Part shown: positions 47,584 to 59,182 of the stretch, one piece after another | How positions within the stretch are numbered: position 1 is the first letter of the stretch | Layout of the letters: each line of letters opens with the position of its first letter | DNA from: a bacterium | GTDB lineage: Bacteria > Zhuqueibacterota > Zhuqueibacteria > Oceanimicrobiales > Oceanimicrobiaceae | DNA: 64,000 bases | Direction of reading: 5' to 3' | Assembly: GCA_037446635.1 (NCBI GenBank) | Contig: JBBIIG010000005.1 | Location: 32,001 to 96,000 of the forward strand | Translations under genes and position numbers: made by a program | The notes under the pieces: generated by a model | Told to the model about the DNA's origin: nothing | The model's database searches: none | Seen by the model: only the letters and a program-made list of their open reading frames with translations

Positions 47584-48684
47584 CTATTGAATGATTTCGA
47601 AAATGTTATCCACGATGGTTTGCGCGGCCTCCGGCCGTCCCAATCGCCGCGCCGCCGCTGCCATGCGGGCGCGTTTTTCGCTGTTGCGGATCAACTCGCT
47701 GACGTTTTCCACCAGCGTTTCTGCCGTAAAATCGCGCTCAAAAATCACGACCGCGGCGCCCTCGGCTGCCATTGTTTTGGCATTGAAATCCTGATGTCCT
47801 GCCGCAGCGTAGGGGTAGGGCACTAAAATCGCCGGGATTCCGCAGATAGCGATCTCCGCCAGCGTCGTGGCGCCGGCGCGGCAAAGCGCGATGTCTGCGA
47901 GGGCGTAGGCCGCGGCCATGTCGTCGATGTACGGCAGAATGGTGGCTCGCCCGCCGCCTTTGCATTTTTCAACGATTGCGTCATATTGGTTCGGCCCGGT
48001 CGCCCAGAGAATTTGCAGATCATTGAACTGCAACAATTGTTGGAAACTGCTCAGCACGCGCTGGTTGATGGCGCGCGCGCCCTGGCTGCCTCCGAAAACC
48101 AGCAGCGTCATTTTGTTTTCGTCGAGGTTGAATTTTTTGGCCGCCTGGCCGCGCGCGATTTTGTTGAATTCGCCGCGCACGGGGTTGCCGCTCACCAGCG
48201 TGTTCGGATTTTTGAAATAGGGGAGGGAAGCTTCGTAGGTCACGTGCACCTGCTTCACCCATTTCCCCAAAAAACGATTCACGAGTCCGGGGCAACTGTT
48301 CTGTTCCTGAATCACTGTGGGCACGCCCAGGATCAGCGCGGCCATCAACGCCGGCGCACTGACGTAGCCGCCGGTGCCAATGACCACCTGCGGCCGAAAC
48401 GAGATCATCGCCGCCGCGCATTGAAAGAGGCTGGTCAGCAACCGCAGCGGGAAAAGCAAATTTCCCGGCGACAGCCGCCGCTGCCATCCCCGCATCCAGA
48501 TTTTTTTCAAACGATAATTCATTTTTGGCAGTACTTTATTTTCGATGCCGTACGACGTGCCGATGAACATAATCTCGGCCGGCCCGCGTCGCTGAAATTC
48601 CTGCGCCAGCGCGATGCCCGGGTAAAGATGGCCGCCGGTGCCGCCGCCGGCGATGATCACCTTAACGCCTTGCGGTTCGGCCAT
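47584..48684 (-). CDS. murG: Lipid II GlcNAc transferase MurG
   Basis: GGGTGGHLYP, GGYVS, EQN, GNPVR, GGSQGA. Confidence 0.97.
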   Translation of the reverse strand: MAEPQGVKVIIAGGGTGGHLYPGIALAQEFQRRGPAEIMFIGTSYGIENKVLPKMNYRLKKIWMRGWQRRLSPGNLLFPLRLLTSLFQCAAAMISFRPQVVIGTGGYVSAPALMAALILGVPTVIQEQNSCPGLVNRFLGKWVKQVHVTYEASLPYFKNPNTLVSGNPVRGEFNKIARGQAAKKFNLDENKMTLLVFGGSQGARAINQRVLSSFQQLLQFNDLQILWATGPNQYDAIVEKCKGGGRATILPYIDDMAAAYALADIALCRAGATTLAEIAICGIPAILVPYPYAAAGHQDFNAKTMAAEGAAVVIFERDFTAETLVENVSELIRNSEKRARMAAAARRLGRPEAAQTIVDNIFEIIQ

Positions 48685-49837
48685 AGTTTCTAAACACTTT
48701 CCGAGGGCGGTTAAACGTTCGCAGCGGCGCGAGCCGGCTGCCGCGCCGGTTCTGCAGATCGATATTCAACAATAAGCCAATGGCAAACATGTTCACAAAC
48801 AACGCGGAGCCGCCGTAGCTCAAAAACGGCATCGGAATGCCGGTGGTGGGCAGCAGGTTGACCACCACGCCGGCGTTGATGAACGCATAAACCGCAATGT
48901 TGATGACGATGCCGCTCGCCAGCAATTTTCCAGACAGATCATTGGTTTTCATGGCGATTTTAAACCCCCGCCAGATGAGCAGCGTGAACAACACCATGAC
49001 GCCAATCGTACCCCACATGCCCAATTCTTCGCCGACGATGGCGTAAATGAAATCCGTAAACGGGTCGGGCAGAAAATGGAATTTTTGCCGGCTGTCGCCG
49101 AGACCGAGACCCCAAACTCCGCCGTTGCCCAGCGCGATCAGCGACTGCTTGGTTTGCCAGCTGATGTGTTCGCCGTTGAGCGCGGCAAAATAATTCACGA
49201 TGCGCTCGCGCTGGTAATCTTCTTTCATGATGTAAATTCCCAACACCGGGATGACCGCCGCGCCGGTCATCAACAGGTAGCGCACGGGCGCGCCCGCCAA
49301 AAAAATCAGCGCCGTGGCAACGAAAACCGTGAGCAGAGTGCTGCCGACGTCCGGTTGAAAGAAAATCGGCAGCGCCACCACGCCGGCAATGGCGAGATTT
49401 TTAAACAGCTTGTTTCTGCGATCTCTAAGATCGGCGGCCGGCTGGGCCAGCCGTCCGCTTAAAAACAAGATCAAAGACAAACGCGCAAAATCCGCCGGCT
49501 GAAGTTGAATCGGGCCGAAACTAAGCCAGCGCTTGCTGCCGCGAATGGCTTCCACGCCCGGGCCGGCCAATAAATAAATCAACGCGCAGAAACTAAGAAA
49601 CAGCAAGATCGGCGAAAGCTTCAGCCAGATTTTATAATCGATCTTCGCGCCCATCAAAAGCACCGCCAATCCCACTAAAACTTTTAAAAGATGATTTCGA
49701 AAATAGTACTGGCTGTTTTCAAAGCGTTCCTGCGCTTTGAATGAGCTGGCGCTGTAAACCATCACGGCGCCTAACACCGACAGGATGACCACGATTAAAA
49801 TAATCGTGGCGTCAAATTTTGATTCTAAACGCAGCAT
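48662..49837 (-). CDS. ftsW: Peptidoglycan polymerase FtsW
   Basis: MVYSAS, KRWL, TDFIYAIVGEELG, PFLSYGGS. Confidence 0.95.
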   Translation of the reverse strand: MLRLESKFDATIILIVVILSVLGAVMVYSASSFKAQERFENSQYYFRNHLLKVLVGLAVLLMGAKIDYKIWLKLSPILLFLSFCALIYLLAGPGVEAIRGSKRWLSFGPIQLQPADFARLSLILFLSGRLAQPAADLRDRRNKLFKNLAIAGVVALPIFFQPDVGSTLLTVFVATALIFLAGAPVRYLLMTGAAVIPVLGIYIMKEDYQRERIVNYFAALNGEHISWQTKQSLIALGNGGVWGLGLGDSRQKFHFLPDPFTDFIYAIVGEELGMWGTIGVMVLFTLLIWRGFKIAMKTNDLSGKLLASGIVINIAVYAFINAGVVVNLLPTTGIPMPFLSYGGSALFVNMFAIGLLLNIDLQNRRGSRLAPLRTFNRPRKVFRNYGRTARR

Positions 49838-49842
49838 CGGTT

Positions 49843-50928
<1,086 letters not shown>

Positions 50929-51051
50929 TCGCGCCTTCTATGTTGTGAGTGGATTGATGGATTATTGGATTAAGGCTTTACTCCGCGTTTGTCAACACTG
51001 GGACTTTTTCGTCATAGAACCGCTCGAATTCAAAAGTTGTGGAAATACAGG

Positions 51052-52431
51052 CTAACCGAGCGCCTCCACAACTTCTTCCATTTTCATGCCGCGCGAGCCT
51101 TTCACCAGCAGCGCATCTCCGTCGGAAAGAGATTTTTTCAGTTCGGCAATCAGAGTCTGTTTGTCAGAAAAATGCTGCGCGAAAATTTTGCTTTTCGATT
51201 TTTTTGCGGCGGAAACCGCCTCTGCCGCCAACGACCCGTAAGCTAAAAAAAGATCGATTCCAAAGCTGCTCAACGCGACGCCGATTTTGGCGTGCTCCGC
51301 CGCCGCGGCCTCGCCTAATTCCAGCATGTCGCCGAGCACGAAAATTTTTTTGCCGGTGACTTTCAGGTCCTTCAAAATCGCCAGCGCCGCCAGCGTCGAA
51401 TCCGGATTGGCGTTGTAACTGTCATTGAGAATGAGAACATTGTTGCGCCGGATGATTTCGAGACGCTTGCCGGGCACCGCGACGTTTTCCAGCGCCGCCT
51501 TAATTTTTTTCAGGCTGATTCCAAACTCCAAACCCACGGCCGCCGCCGCCAGCGCGTTCAGCAAGTTGTGATTTCCCAAAAGATTCAAAGTGAAAATTTC
51601 GTTTTCAACCTGCATTCTGGGAAAGCCAAATTCATCCGGCTCGAGGCGGCGACCGCGCACCTTGGCTGCATCCGCGAAGCCGAAGGTGATTTTGTTTTGC
51701 AATTTTGCGGCATGTTTTGCAATCAGCGGATCGTCTAAATTTACAAACGCGACGCCGTCCGCTGGCAGCGAATTGAGCAGCTCCATTTTCATCCGCGCCA
51801 CGCCCTCGAGGTCTCCCAAAAACTCCAGGTGGCCGCGGCCGATGTTGGTGATGAGCCCGAGCTGCGGCGCGGCGATCTCGCACAAGCGCGCAATTTCTCC
51901 AAAATGATTGCCGCCCATTTCTACCACCGCGGCTTGATGTTCTTTTTGAAGATGAAACAGCGTCAACGGCACGCCGATGTGATTGTTCAAATTGCCGGTG
52001 GTTTTGCACACGCTGCCCATTTGCGCGAGCACCGCGGCGATCATCTCTTTAGTGGTGGTTTTGCCGTTGGTGCCGGTGAGACCCAGTACCGGCAGCGAAA
52101 ATTTCAGACGATAAAAATGGCTCGCTTCCTGCAAAGCCCGCAACGTATCTTCCACAACAAAAACAGCGCGGTTTTCAAGCCGACTTTTATTTTTCTCCCA
52201 CCACGATTTTTCCACCACCGCCGCCAGCGCGCCCTTTTGAAAAACCTCGGTTACAAAATCATGGCCGTCATGGTTTTCGCCGCGCAGCGCAAAATAGACT
52301 TCCTCTTTTTTAAGAAGGCGCGAATCGGTCGAAACGCCGGCGAGCGCGTGCGACAGGGTTTTTTCATCGCCAAAATAAGCGAAGCGGTGGGTTCCGACTT
52401 CTAAAAATTCATGAAGAGTTAAATCGATCAT
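51052..52431 (-). CDS. murF: UDP-MurNAc-tripeptide--D-Ala-D-Ala ligase
   Basis: TGTNGKTTTKE, NNHIGVP, DSYNANP, LGDMLELG, VKGSRGM. Confidence 0.96.
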   Translation of the reverse strand: MIDLTLHEFLEVGTHRFAYFGDEKTLSHALAGVSTDSRLLKKEEVYFALRGENHDGHDFVTEVFQKGALAAVVEKSWWEKNKSRLENRAVFVVEDTLRALQEASHFYRLKFSLPVLGLTGTNGKTTTKEMIAAVLAQMGSVCKTTGNLNNHIGVPLTLFHLQKEHQAAVVEMGGNHFGEIARLCEIAAPQLGLITNIGRGHLEFLGDLEGVARMKMELLNSLPADGVAFVNLDDPLIAKHAAKLQNKITFGFADAAKVRGRRLEPDEFGFPRMQVENEIFTLNLLGNHNLLNALAAAAVGLEFGISLKKIKAALENVAVPGKRLEIIRRNNVLILNDSYNANPDSTLAALAILKDLKVTGKKIFVLGDMLELGEAAAAEHAKIGVALSSFGIDLFLAYGSLAAEAVSAAKKSKSKIFAQHFSDKQTLIAELKKSLSDGDALLVKGSRGMKMEEVVEALG

Positions 52432-52446
52432 ATTTGCTCGCGAAAG

Positions 52447-54219
52447 CTAACTGTCATGTTCGACGGCCGGCCGAGTTTCCAGTTTATCGTACAAGTGCAA
52501 AATGCGTTCGAGGATGCTGCGGAACACCGGCGCTGCCACGTGCCCGCCGGAATGCACCGGCTTGGGTTCATCGAGGGCGACGTAAATCAGAATTTTTGCG
52601 CCGCGCGCCGGATAGAATCCCACAAACGACGCGAAGAAATCGGAATCCGAGTACGAGCCGGCGCGCGGTTTTTGCGCGGTGCCGGTTTTGCCGGCGATGC
52701 TGCGTCCTTTGATTTGCGCCTGCTGCCCCGTGCCTTTTTCTACTACCTGCTCCAAAATCGCGATCATTTTTTGAGACGTGGAATCGTCGAGAACCGTGCG
52801 GATGACTTGCCGGCGAGAACGGCTGACGGTTTTATTTTCTTTGGTGCGAATTTCTTTCAAAATGATTGGCTTCAGCAAATCGCCGCCGTTGGCGATGGCG
52901 GCGTAGGCCATGGCAATTTGCAGCGGCGTGGCCGCGACTTCGTGGCCGTACGAAATCGCCGCTACCGAAAACGCGGACCAATTGGTAGGGTTTTTCAACA
53001 TGCCCGAGACTTCGCCCGGCAGCTCAACGCCGGTTTTGTTGCCGAAGCCGAAACTGCGCGACGCCACGAACAGCCGATCTTTTCCCAGCTCGCGGGCAAT
53101 TTTCGCCGCGCCAATGTTGCTCGATTTCACAAAAACATTTTTGAACGATTGCCAGCCCATTTTTTCGGGGTCGTTGATTTCGTGGCCGTAGAGCCGGTAT
53201 TTGCCGTTTTCACAAAAAATGATATCGTCTAACTTTTTTTTGCCGTTGGCCAGCGCCGCCGCCATGGTGACGATTTTGAAGGTCGAGCCGGGCTCGTACA
53301 AATCGGTGATGGGGCGAATGCGCCAGGCGTCGGCGTCGTAGCGCGTGGCGTGGTTGGCGTCGAAGCTGGGCGCCGACGCCATCGCCAGAATTTCGCCGGT
53401 ATTGGGATCGAGAATCACCACGTTGCCGCCGGCCGCGTTGAATTTCCCGATGCCTTTGGCCAGTTCTTCCTCGGCGATGATTTGTAAATTATGATCCACG
53501 GTTAAAATGAGATCGTGGCCGCTCTTGCCCTCGAGGGTGCGGCTGGCGATGGGCATCACGGTTTTACCGCTGGCGTCGCGCTGCAAGATGCTCAGCCCAT
53601 CCACTCCGCAGAGATAATGATCGTACGCAAATTCCAGCCCGCTCAGGCCGTGGCCATCCACGTCCACGAAGCCGATCACCGGCGCCAATTTTTCATTGAG
53701 CGGGTACACGCGCTGGCTCAGTTCCGTGACTTTGACGCCCGGGAGATTCAGCATTTGAAGTTCGAGGGCGGTTTTTTCGTCCACTTTGCGCTCCAGCATC
53801 ACGAAGCCTTTGCTGCGGCGAATTTTGTCGGCAATCTCTTTCTGGCCGAGACTCAAAAACTTCGCCAATTTGCGGCTGGTGATTTCGAGATTTTTTACAA
53901 AATGCTTATCGACGCCCACGTCGTAGCTGATTTTGTTCAGGGCAAGTGGAGTCAGATTGCGATCGTAAATCAAGCCGCGGTTGGCGCGCAGAACATATTT
54001 TTGCATGTACTGCTGGCGGCCCAATTCAACGTAACTTCGACTGTTGAACACTTGAAACTGCACCAGACGCAAAATCAGCACAGCGGCGATCAGCAGCAGG
54101 GCGGCGCGCGCCAGTTGGAATCGCCATGATTTCACGGCTGGGTTGAGCAGACCCGGCCGCAAAGTTGTTTCGCGGCGGCGGAACGCCCTACTGCTCTGGA
54201 ATTTCGATGACGTTTTCAT
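52447..54219 (-). CDS. ftsI: Class B penicillin-binding protein FtsI (start uncertain; no PASTA domain seen)
   Basis: RGLIYDRN, EPGSTFK (SxxK), SSN, KTGT. Confidence 0.93.
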   Translation of the reverse strand: MKTSSKFQSSRAFRRRETTLRPGLLNPAVKSWRFQLARAALLLIAAVLILRLVQFQVFNSRSYVELGRQQYMQKYVLRANRGLIYDRNLTPLALNKISYDVGVDKHFVKNLEITSRKLAKFLSLGQKEIADKIRRSKGFVMLERKVDEKTALELQMLNLPGVKVTELSQRVYPLNEKLAPVIGFVDVDGHGLSGLEFAYDHYLCGVDGLSILQRDASGKTVMPIASRTLEGKSGHDLILTVDHNLQIIAEEELAKGIGKFNAAGGNVVILDPNTGEILAMASAPSFDANHATRYDADAWRIRPITDLYEPGSTFKIVTMAAALANGKKKLDDIIFCENGKYRLYGHEINDPEKMGWQSFKNVFVKSSNIGAAKIARELGKDRLFVASRSFGFGNKTGVELPGEVSGMLKNPTNWSAFSVAAISYGHEVAATPLQIAMAYAAIANGGDLLKPIILKEIRTKENKTVSRSRRQVIRTVLDDSTSQKMIAILEQVVEKGTGQQAQIKGRSIAGKTGTAQKPRAGSYSDSDFFASFVGFYPARGAKILIYVALDEPKPVHSGGHVAAPVFRSILERILHLYDKLETRPAVEHDS

Positions 54220-54514
54220 TGGTCGCGAACACCAATCCCAATTCTTCCTGGGCAATTTTCTGGATGCGGCCGATATTGGCCAGCCGAATGCGTTCGGCTT
54301 CCAGTTTGTTGATTTCAATTTCATAGCGGCGATTCAAATCTTCCAGCCGCTGAATCTCCGCCAATTGCAGGTTGATCTGCACCTTCATCCAAACATAACC
54401 CACCATCAGCGCGAAGGCGCAGAGTATCCACCAAACGAGTCGATGGCTGGTTCTGGATTTTTTAGGGGAAGCGGCGCGCCGTTCCGAGAAAAGTTTTTTT
54501 TGTGAGCGAATCAT
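54188..54514 (-). CDS. ftsL: Cell division protein FtsL
   Basis: TM plus leucine zipper, RIQKIAQEELGL; between rsmH and ftsI. Confidence 0.88.
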   Translation of the reverse strand: MIRSQKKLFSERRAASPKKSRTSHRLVWWILCAFALMVGYVWMKVQINLQLAEIQRLEDLNRRYEIEINKLEAERIRLANIGRIQKIAQEELGLVFATNENVIEIPEQ

Positions 54515-54536
54515 CCACGTCCTCCCGCGACGAAGG

Positions 54537-55457
54537 TCACAGAATTTCCGCCGCGCGCAACCGTGCGCTGCGGCTTCGGGGATTTCGTTGAACCTCCGGC
54601 TGAGCCGGTCGAATCGGGCGCTTGGTGATGATTTTTAACCGCCCGGGGCGGCCGCAGACGCACTGCGGCAGCTCTGGCGGACAAATGCAGCGGCTCGTTT
54701 CATTTTTAAAAAATTCTTTCACGATGCGATCTTCCAGCGAATGATAACTGATGACCACCAGCCGGCCGCCGGCCGCGATGAGCTCGCGGCTTTCGCTCAA
54801 CGCGCCGCGCAGATTTTCCAACTCAGCGTTGACCGCGATGCGCAGCGCCTGAAAGATGCGCGCCAGCGATTTGACGCGCTGTTCGTATCGCAAAACCGCG
54901 CTGACCGTTTCCGCTAATTCCGACGTTGTCAGAATCGGCGAACGCATCCGGCGTTTGACGATAGCGGCGGCAACCGCGCGGTGGCGCCGTTCTTCGCCGA
55001 ACTTTTTAAACAACTCGCTCAGCTCGCGCTCCGAATAAGTGTTGATGATGTTATATGCCGAAAGAGCTTGTTCGCGGCTCATGCGCATATCGAGTTGGCC
55101 ATCGGCGCTGAAACTAAAACCCCGTTCCGCGGTGTCGATTTGATGGGACGAGACGCCTAAATCGAGCAACAGGCCGTCAATTTTTTTTATTTGTAAATTT
55201 TGCAAAGCCTGGCCAAGATTTTTAAAGTTCGCTTCTTTTAAAGTAACTCGCTTTCCGAACCGCTCCAGCCGCGCGGCGGCGTGATTTAGCGCGTCGCGAT
55301 CCAAATCCAGTCCGATCAGCCGCCCGTGTTGATCGAGGCGATCGAGAATGGCTTCGGCGTGCCCGCCTCCACCCAACGTGCCATCCACATAAACGCCCGC
55401 TGGATTATGAACCAAAAGTTCGACCGCTTCTTTTAACAGCACCGGTTCATGAAACAC
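54537..55457 (-). CDS. rsmH: 16S rRNA m4C1402 methyltransferase
   Basis: HEPVLL, DGTLGGGGH, DLGVSS, FQALRIAVN, NPRSRSARLR. Confidence 0.97.
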   Translation of the reverse strand: MFHEPVLLKEAVELLVHNPAGVYVDGTLGGGGHAEAILDRLDQHGRLIGLDLDRDALNHAAARLERFGKRVTLKEANFKNLGQALQNLQIKKIDGLLLDLGVSSHQIDTAERGFSFSADGQLDMRMSREQALSAYNIINTYSERELSELFKKFGEERRHRAVAAAIVKRRMRSPILTTSELAETVSAVLRYEQRVKSLARIFQALRIAVNAELENLRGALSESRELIAAGGRLVVISYHSLEDRIVKEFFKNETSRCICPPELPQCVCGRPGRLKIITKRPIRPAQPEVQRNPRSRSARLRAAEIL

Positions 55458-55471
55458 GGCCTCGTCTCGGG

Positions 55472-55924
55472 TTAAATTTTGAACAGCTTTAATTCTTCTT
55501 TAACGGACTTTTGATCCTGCGACTGGGAAAATTTCTCGTAGGTTTCCGGATTCCAGAGCTCGATTTTGTTGGTGCAGCCGATGACTTTAACTTTGTGATC
55601 GATGCCCGCGTACTGGCAGTAGTTGGCGGGGATCATGATACGGCCCTGGTTATCCAGGCCGGCATCGATGCTTTTCGAGCCGAACTTGCGGCGCAGCTCG
55701 TTGGCGTTGTCATCGAACTGCGGCAGCTCATTTAATTTTTTGCCGACGGTTTCGCTGTATGTGCAATAGGGGTAAAGGGTCAATCGGGTATCTTCAATCG
55801 CACAAATGATGAAAGTATTTTCTTTCAAATTCGACATGACTTTGCGGTACTTGGCCGGGATGCTCAAACGATTTTTTTCGTCGAGGGCGTAATCGTATTC
55901 GCCCAAAAAGTCTTTTAGTTCCAT
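55472..55924 (-). CDS. mraZ: Transcriptional regulator MraZ
   Basis: LDEKNRLSIP, LDNQGRIMIP, IELW; first gene of the dcw cluster. Confidence 0.93.
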   Translation of the reverse strand: MELKDFLGEYDYALDEKNRLSIPAKYRKVMSNLKENTFIICAIEDTRLTLYPYCTYSETVGKKLNELPQFDDNANELRRKFGSKSIDAGLDNQGRIMIPANYCQYAGIDHKVKVIGCTNKIELWNPETYEKFSQSQDQKSVKEELKLFKI

Positions 55925-55944
55925 AAGAGAGGTTTGGGAATATT

Positions 55945-56001
55945 CCCCATTTTCTCCCATTTTTCACCACCGAAAATATAAAAAAAAGCCGCTAATGTCA
56001 A
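55945..56001 (-). promoter_or_regulatory. dcw promoter with three MraZ-box-like repeats
   Basis: Minus strand TTGACA-17 nt-TATTTT followed by GTGGTG-N4-ATGGGA-N4-ATGGGG (10-nt period). Confidence 0.8.
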
Positions 56002-56108
56002 GAAAAATTTTGCTCTTAATAGAATTTTTTTTGGTAGTGAATGTTGGACGATTTTGTGAAAAATTAGAGAGAGATCGAAAAGGGCGGTGTGACTTAAAGT
56101 CGGAGGCT

Positions 56109-56801
56109 TTATTTTTGACCCGAAAACCACCCGGCGGTGGTTTGTGCCAACTCTGCAATCACGTCATCATCCGCGCGGCCGCTGCTTTTGAGAACGTGAA
56201 AGCCGTGGTCGGCGCCTTCAAAAATGTGCAGCGTGGCTTGCTTGCCAAGCCCCTCACAAACGGGGCGCAGCAAGTCGAGTTGGGCCAACTGGTCGCGGTC
56301 GCCCTGCAGAAACAGCAGCGGTAGGTTGACGTTGGCAAGATGCGCGGCGCGTTCGGCGCTAGGCTGCCCCGGCGCGTGCAGGGGAAAACCAAAGAACACC
56401 AGCCCCTTTACGTTGAGCAGCGGCTCGTTGGCGGCGGCCATCGAGGTCATGCGGCCGCCAAGCGATTTCCCGCCGGCGAACAACGGCAAATTGCCCGCGT
56501 AATCTTGTGCGCAGGTCACCGCCGCGCGCACGGTTTTCAAAAGAATAGGCTGCGGGTCGGGCGTCTTCTTCCCCTTTTCAATGTATGGAAATTGATAGCG
56601 CAGGGTGGCGATTTCGTTCGCCGCTAATTCCTGGGCTAACTTTTCCATAAAACGATGTCTCATGCCGGCGCCCGCGCCGTGGCCTAAAACCAAAAACCAT
56701 TTCGGGTTTGGCGGACGCAACATGAGGGCGCTCACCTCGCCAGCGCTTTGGCTGGCTGTGAAGCGCAATTCGTGAGTTGCCAGCGGAATTTCGGTTTTCA
56801 T
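56109..56801 (-). CDS. Alpha/beta hydrolase family protein
   Basis: HGAGAGM, GGKSLGGR, GFPLH, QGDRD, GADH. Confidence 0.9.
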   Translation of the reverse strand: MKTEIPLATHELRFTASQSAGEVSALMLRPPNPKWFLVLGHGAGAGMRHRFMEKLAQELAANEIATLRYQFPYIEKGKKTPDPQPILLKTVRAAVTCAQDYAGNLPLFAGGKSLGGRMTSMAAANEPLLNVKGLVFFGFPLHAPGQPSAERAAHLANVNLPLLFLQGDRDQLAQLDLLRPVCEGLGKQATLHIFEGADHGFHVLKSSGRADDDVIAELAQTTAGWFSGQK

Positions 56802-56803
56802 AT

Positions 56804-57508
56804 TTAGGCCTTTTGCGCCAGCGCGATAAAGTCCGCCGCCAGGCGCGGACCGGCGCCCTCGTCTTCGTGTTTAAAAAAGATGAATGCCTCCTGCCATTTT
56901 TGATCGCGGATGCGTTTCGCCCAGTTGGCGAGATCGGCCTGGTTGTAATTTTGACGCCGCAGCCGAAGGTATCCCCAATTCGTGGTGGCGGCGAACGGCG
57001 TCTCCGGTTCTTCGTCGGTTTCGGAGACGCAGAGGGCGCAGCCGAATTTTTTTAGCAGATCGTACACGTCGTCCGCGAACCAGCTTTGGTGGCGAAACTC
57101 AAAGGCGGCACGAGAGTCCGCGGACAGCAACTTCAAAAACTCTTCGAGCCGCGTCAGGTCTTTGCGCAAATAGGGTGGGAGTTGAAAGAGGATCACGCCT
57201 AGTTTCTCTTCCATCGCCTGCGCCGTTTTGAGCAGATAAGCAGTTTCCTCTCCGGCCTCTTTGAGGCGTTTTTGATGGGTGATCTTTTGCGAAGCTTTGA
57301 TGGCGAAGCGAAAGTCGGGCGGCGTCTGGTCGGCCCAATTTTCCAGCACGCTGGTTTTGGGCATGCGATAAAAGGTGTTGTTGATTTCCACGGCCGGCAG
57401 CCGGCTGGCGTAAAATGCCAGCATGTCTTTATCGGGCAGATCTTCGGGATAGAAGACGCCCTTCCATTCTTTATAGCTGTAGCCGCTGGTTCCGACCCAC
57501 AGTTTCAT
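56804..57508 (-). CDS. DUF72 family protein
   Basis: VGTSGYSY.EW, VEINNTFY, FQLPP, EFRH.SW, YLRL. Confidence 0.93.
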   Translation of the reverse strand: MKLWVGTSGYSYKEWKGVFYPEDLPDKDMLAFYASRLPAVEINNTFYRMPKTSVLENWADQTPPDFRFAIKASQKITHQKRLKEAGEETAYLLKTAQAMEEKLGVILFQLPPYLRKDLTRLEEFLKLLSADSRAAFEFRHQSWFADDVYDLLKKFGCALCVSETDEEPETPFAATTNWGYLRLRRQNYNQADLANWAKRIRDQKWQEAFIFFKHEDEGAGPRLAADFIALAQKA

Positions 57509-57611
57509 CGCGCCTCTCCTTTTTTGTTTGTTTGAGCCGTCCGCAATTTAAATCAAATTGAAGTGGATTTCAATTTTAATTTTCGGCGATTCGATTTTGA
57601 ATGCTATTTTT

Positions 57612-57700
57612 AACCGCAAAGAACGCCAAGCTGGCGCAAAGGCCGCTAAAAAAATTTTTTTCTCCTGCGCTCTTGCATTTTCTTAGCGAACGTTGCGGTT
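57612..57700. repeat. AACCGC...GCGGTT inverted-repeat element
   Basis: AACCGCAAAGAACGCCAAG ... CTTAGCGAACGTTGCGGTT; same family as 30947-31024. Confidence 0.75.
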
Positions 57701-57734
57701 GAGTTTGGTTGCCCGCCCGTTCAGACAGGTCTGC

Positions 57735-59150
57735 TCAAAATGAACTGGCGGAATCGCTAAGCTGCAAACATTCGGAACAGCGCAGCGGCCGGCAGTAGAG
57801 CTTGTGCAAATGAATCGCGCCCTGCTGCGTCAGCGCCGAAGGCTTGGCGCCTCCACGTTCGCGGCTATTCTTGAACAGTTGCTGCTTCATGACTCGGGTG
57901 ATGACATTTTCGGACAATTTTGGAAAACGCGCGTAAATCTCTTGCAGAGTGTTTCGCAGGCCGCCGGCGCTCGCTTCAAAACTATAGAGGAAAAGCGCTG
58001 GCAGCACAATGTTGACGACGATGTCCCGCGCCCGCTCTTTTCCAATCAGGGCTTCAGTGGCCTCCGCGGTGCCTTCTTCAAAACGGTAGTGTTCTTTCCA
58101 ATATCCGTCGGCCTTGATGGTCAAAACCTTTTCCAACTCGGCGATGATGCGAGTGTAAGCCCGGGCGTGGCCCTCGAAAATTTTTAGAAAGCCCTCGAGA
58201 AATCCCTGCCGATAAAATCTAAACAGCAGTTGCACCATGCCCGCCAGACGGCGAGTTGGAAAATTTTGCGGCCGCAGCCGGAAGAACTGCCAGGCGTGCG
58301 ATTTCATGGCTTTGATTTCCAGGCGATGGGAGATTTGCCCCCACAGCCGCTCCAACGGCGCCACGTAAGTCAACGTTGGCGTGTCTAAAATCTCGCCGCC
58401 AGGTTGAGTTTGCGAAGGCAAAAGTCCGGCGGCGCCGAACAACAGCGCGGCGCATTTTTGCAGGGCCATCTCTTCCTCCACCCACTGCATTTCCGCGCGC
58501 ACCATTTCGTACGGCGCCAACTCTGCTAATTTTTCAAAAGGGCGCCGGTTTTTCGAGTATCCCAGCGCCGACATCATTTTTTTATAAAGAAGCTGATCCC
58601 ACGACGCCCCGCGCAAATCTTCGCGGAATTGTTCCGCCCGCGTCAACAAGCGCTCGCGGCCGGCCGCAGCCAGCGTTGCTAGAATTTTGTCGCCAGCGGT
58701 GTGGCTGAGTGGGCAGTTCTCTATGATCGTTATCTCGGGTTCAGGCTCTGATTCGTCTGATTTGCTTTTCCAAAGTGCGGATTTCTGTTCACCGGGATCG
58801 ATGTACAATTGGTAGATCGAAGCGCCGTCTTCCCGTTGAACGGCGCTCGCGCCTTTCGGCTTTTGAGAAATCAAATGCAGGATGACATTGTTATAGCGCG
58901 GATCCGTGTGGTGCCCGTGCTCGTACCAGCCCATTTCAGTGAGATGAACTTCGACGTCGCCTTTGAGAAGCCGGCCGGCGATTTTAACGACGGCGTCTTT
59001 GAAATCCGGTCCGGCGTCGAGGTTTTCGACGCCGGCAAAAATCACTTCGAGGCTTTCACCGTTCGTGGTCTGCAAATCCTGTTTGAACAGCTTGCGGCTT
59101 TTCCACAGCTTTTGCAAGAGCACTTCCTGATCGTGGATTTTGAGTTCCAT
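57735..59150 (-). CDS. DUF2851 family protein
   Basis: GPDFKDA, GDVEVH, WYEHGHHTDPRYNNVILH, WQFFRLRPQNFPTRRLA. Confidence 0.9.
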   Translation of the reverse strand: MELKIHDQEVLLQKLWKSRKLFKQDLQTTNGESLEVIFAGVENLDAGPDFKDAVVKIAGRLLKGDVEVHLTEMGWYEHGHHTDPRYNNVILHLISQKPKGASAVQREDGASIYQLYIDPGEQKSALWKSKSDESEPEPEITIIENCPLSHTAGDKILATLAAAGRERLLTRAEQFREDLRGASWDQLLYKKMMSALGYSKNRRPFEKLAELAPYEMVRAEMQWVEEEMALQKCAALLFGAAGLLPSQTQPGGEILDTPTLTYVAPLERLWGQISHRLEIKAMKSHAWQFFRLRPQNFPTRRLAGMVQLLFRFYRQGFLEGFLKIFEGHARAYTRIIAELEKVLTIKADGYWKEHYRFEEGTAEATEALIGKERARDIVVNIVLPALFLYSFEASAGGLRNTLQEIYARFPKLSENVITRVMKQQLFKNSRERGGAKPSALTQQGAIHLHKLYCRPLRCSECLQLSDSASSF

Positions 59151-59182
59151 TTCTTCTTCCCGAAATTAACAATTGAATCAGC

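Noticed and set aside
54220..54324. Extended N-termini from the ORF track (ftsI 54324, mraZ 55960, 16881, 31134, 43545)
   Set aside because: They overlap upstream genes, promoters or MraZ boxes; downstream ATGs fit better.
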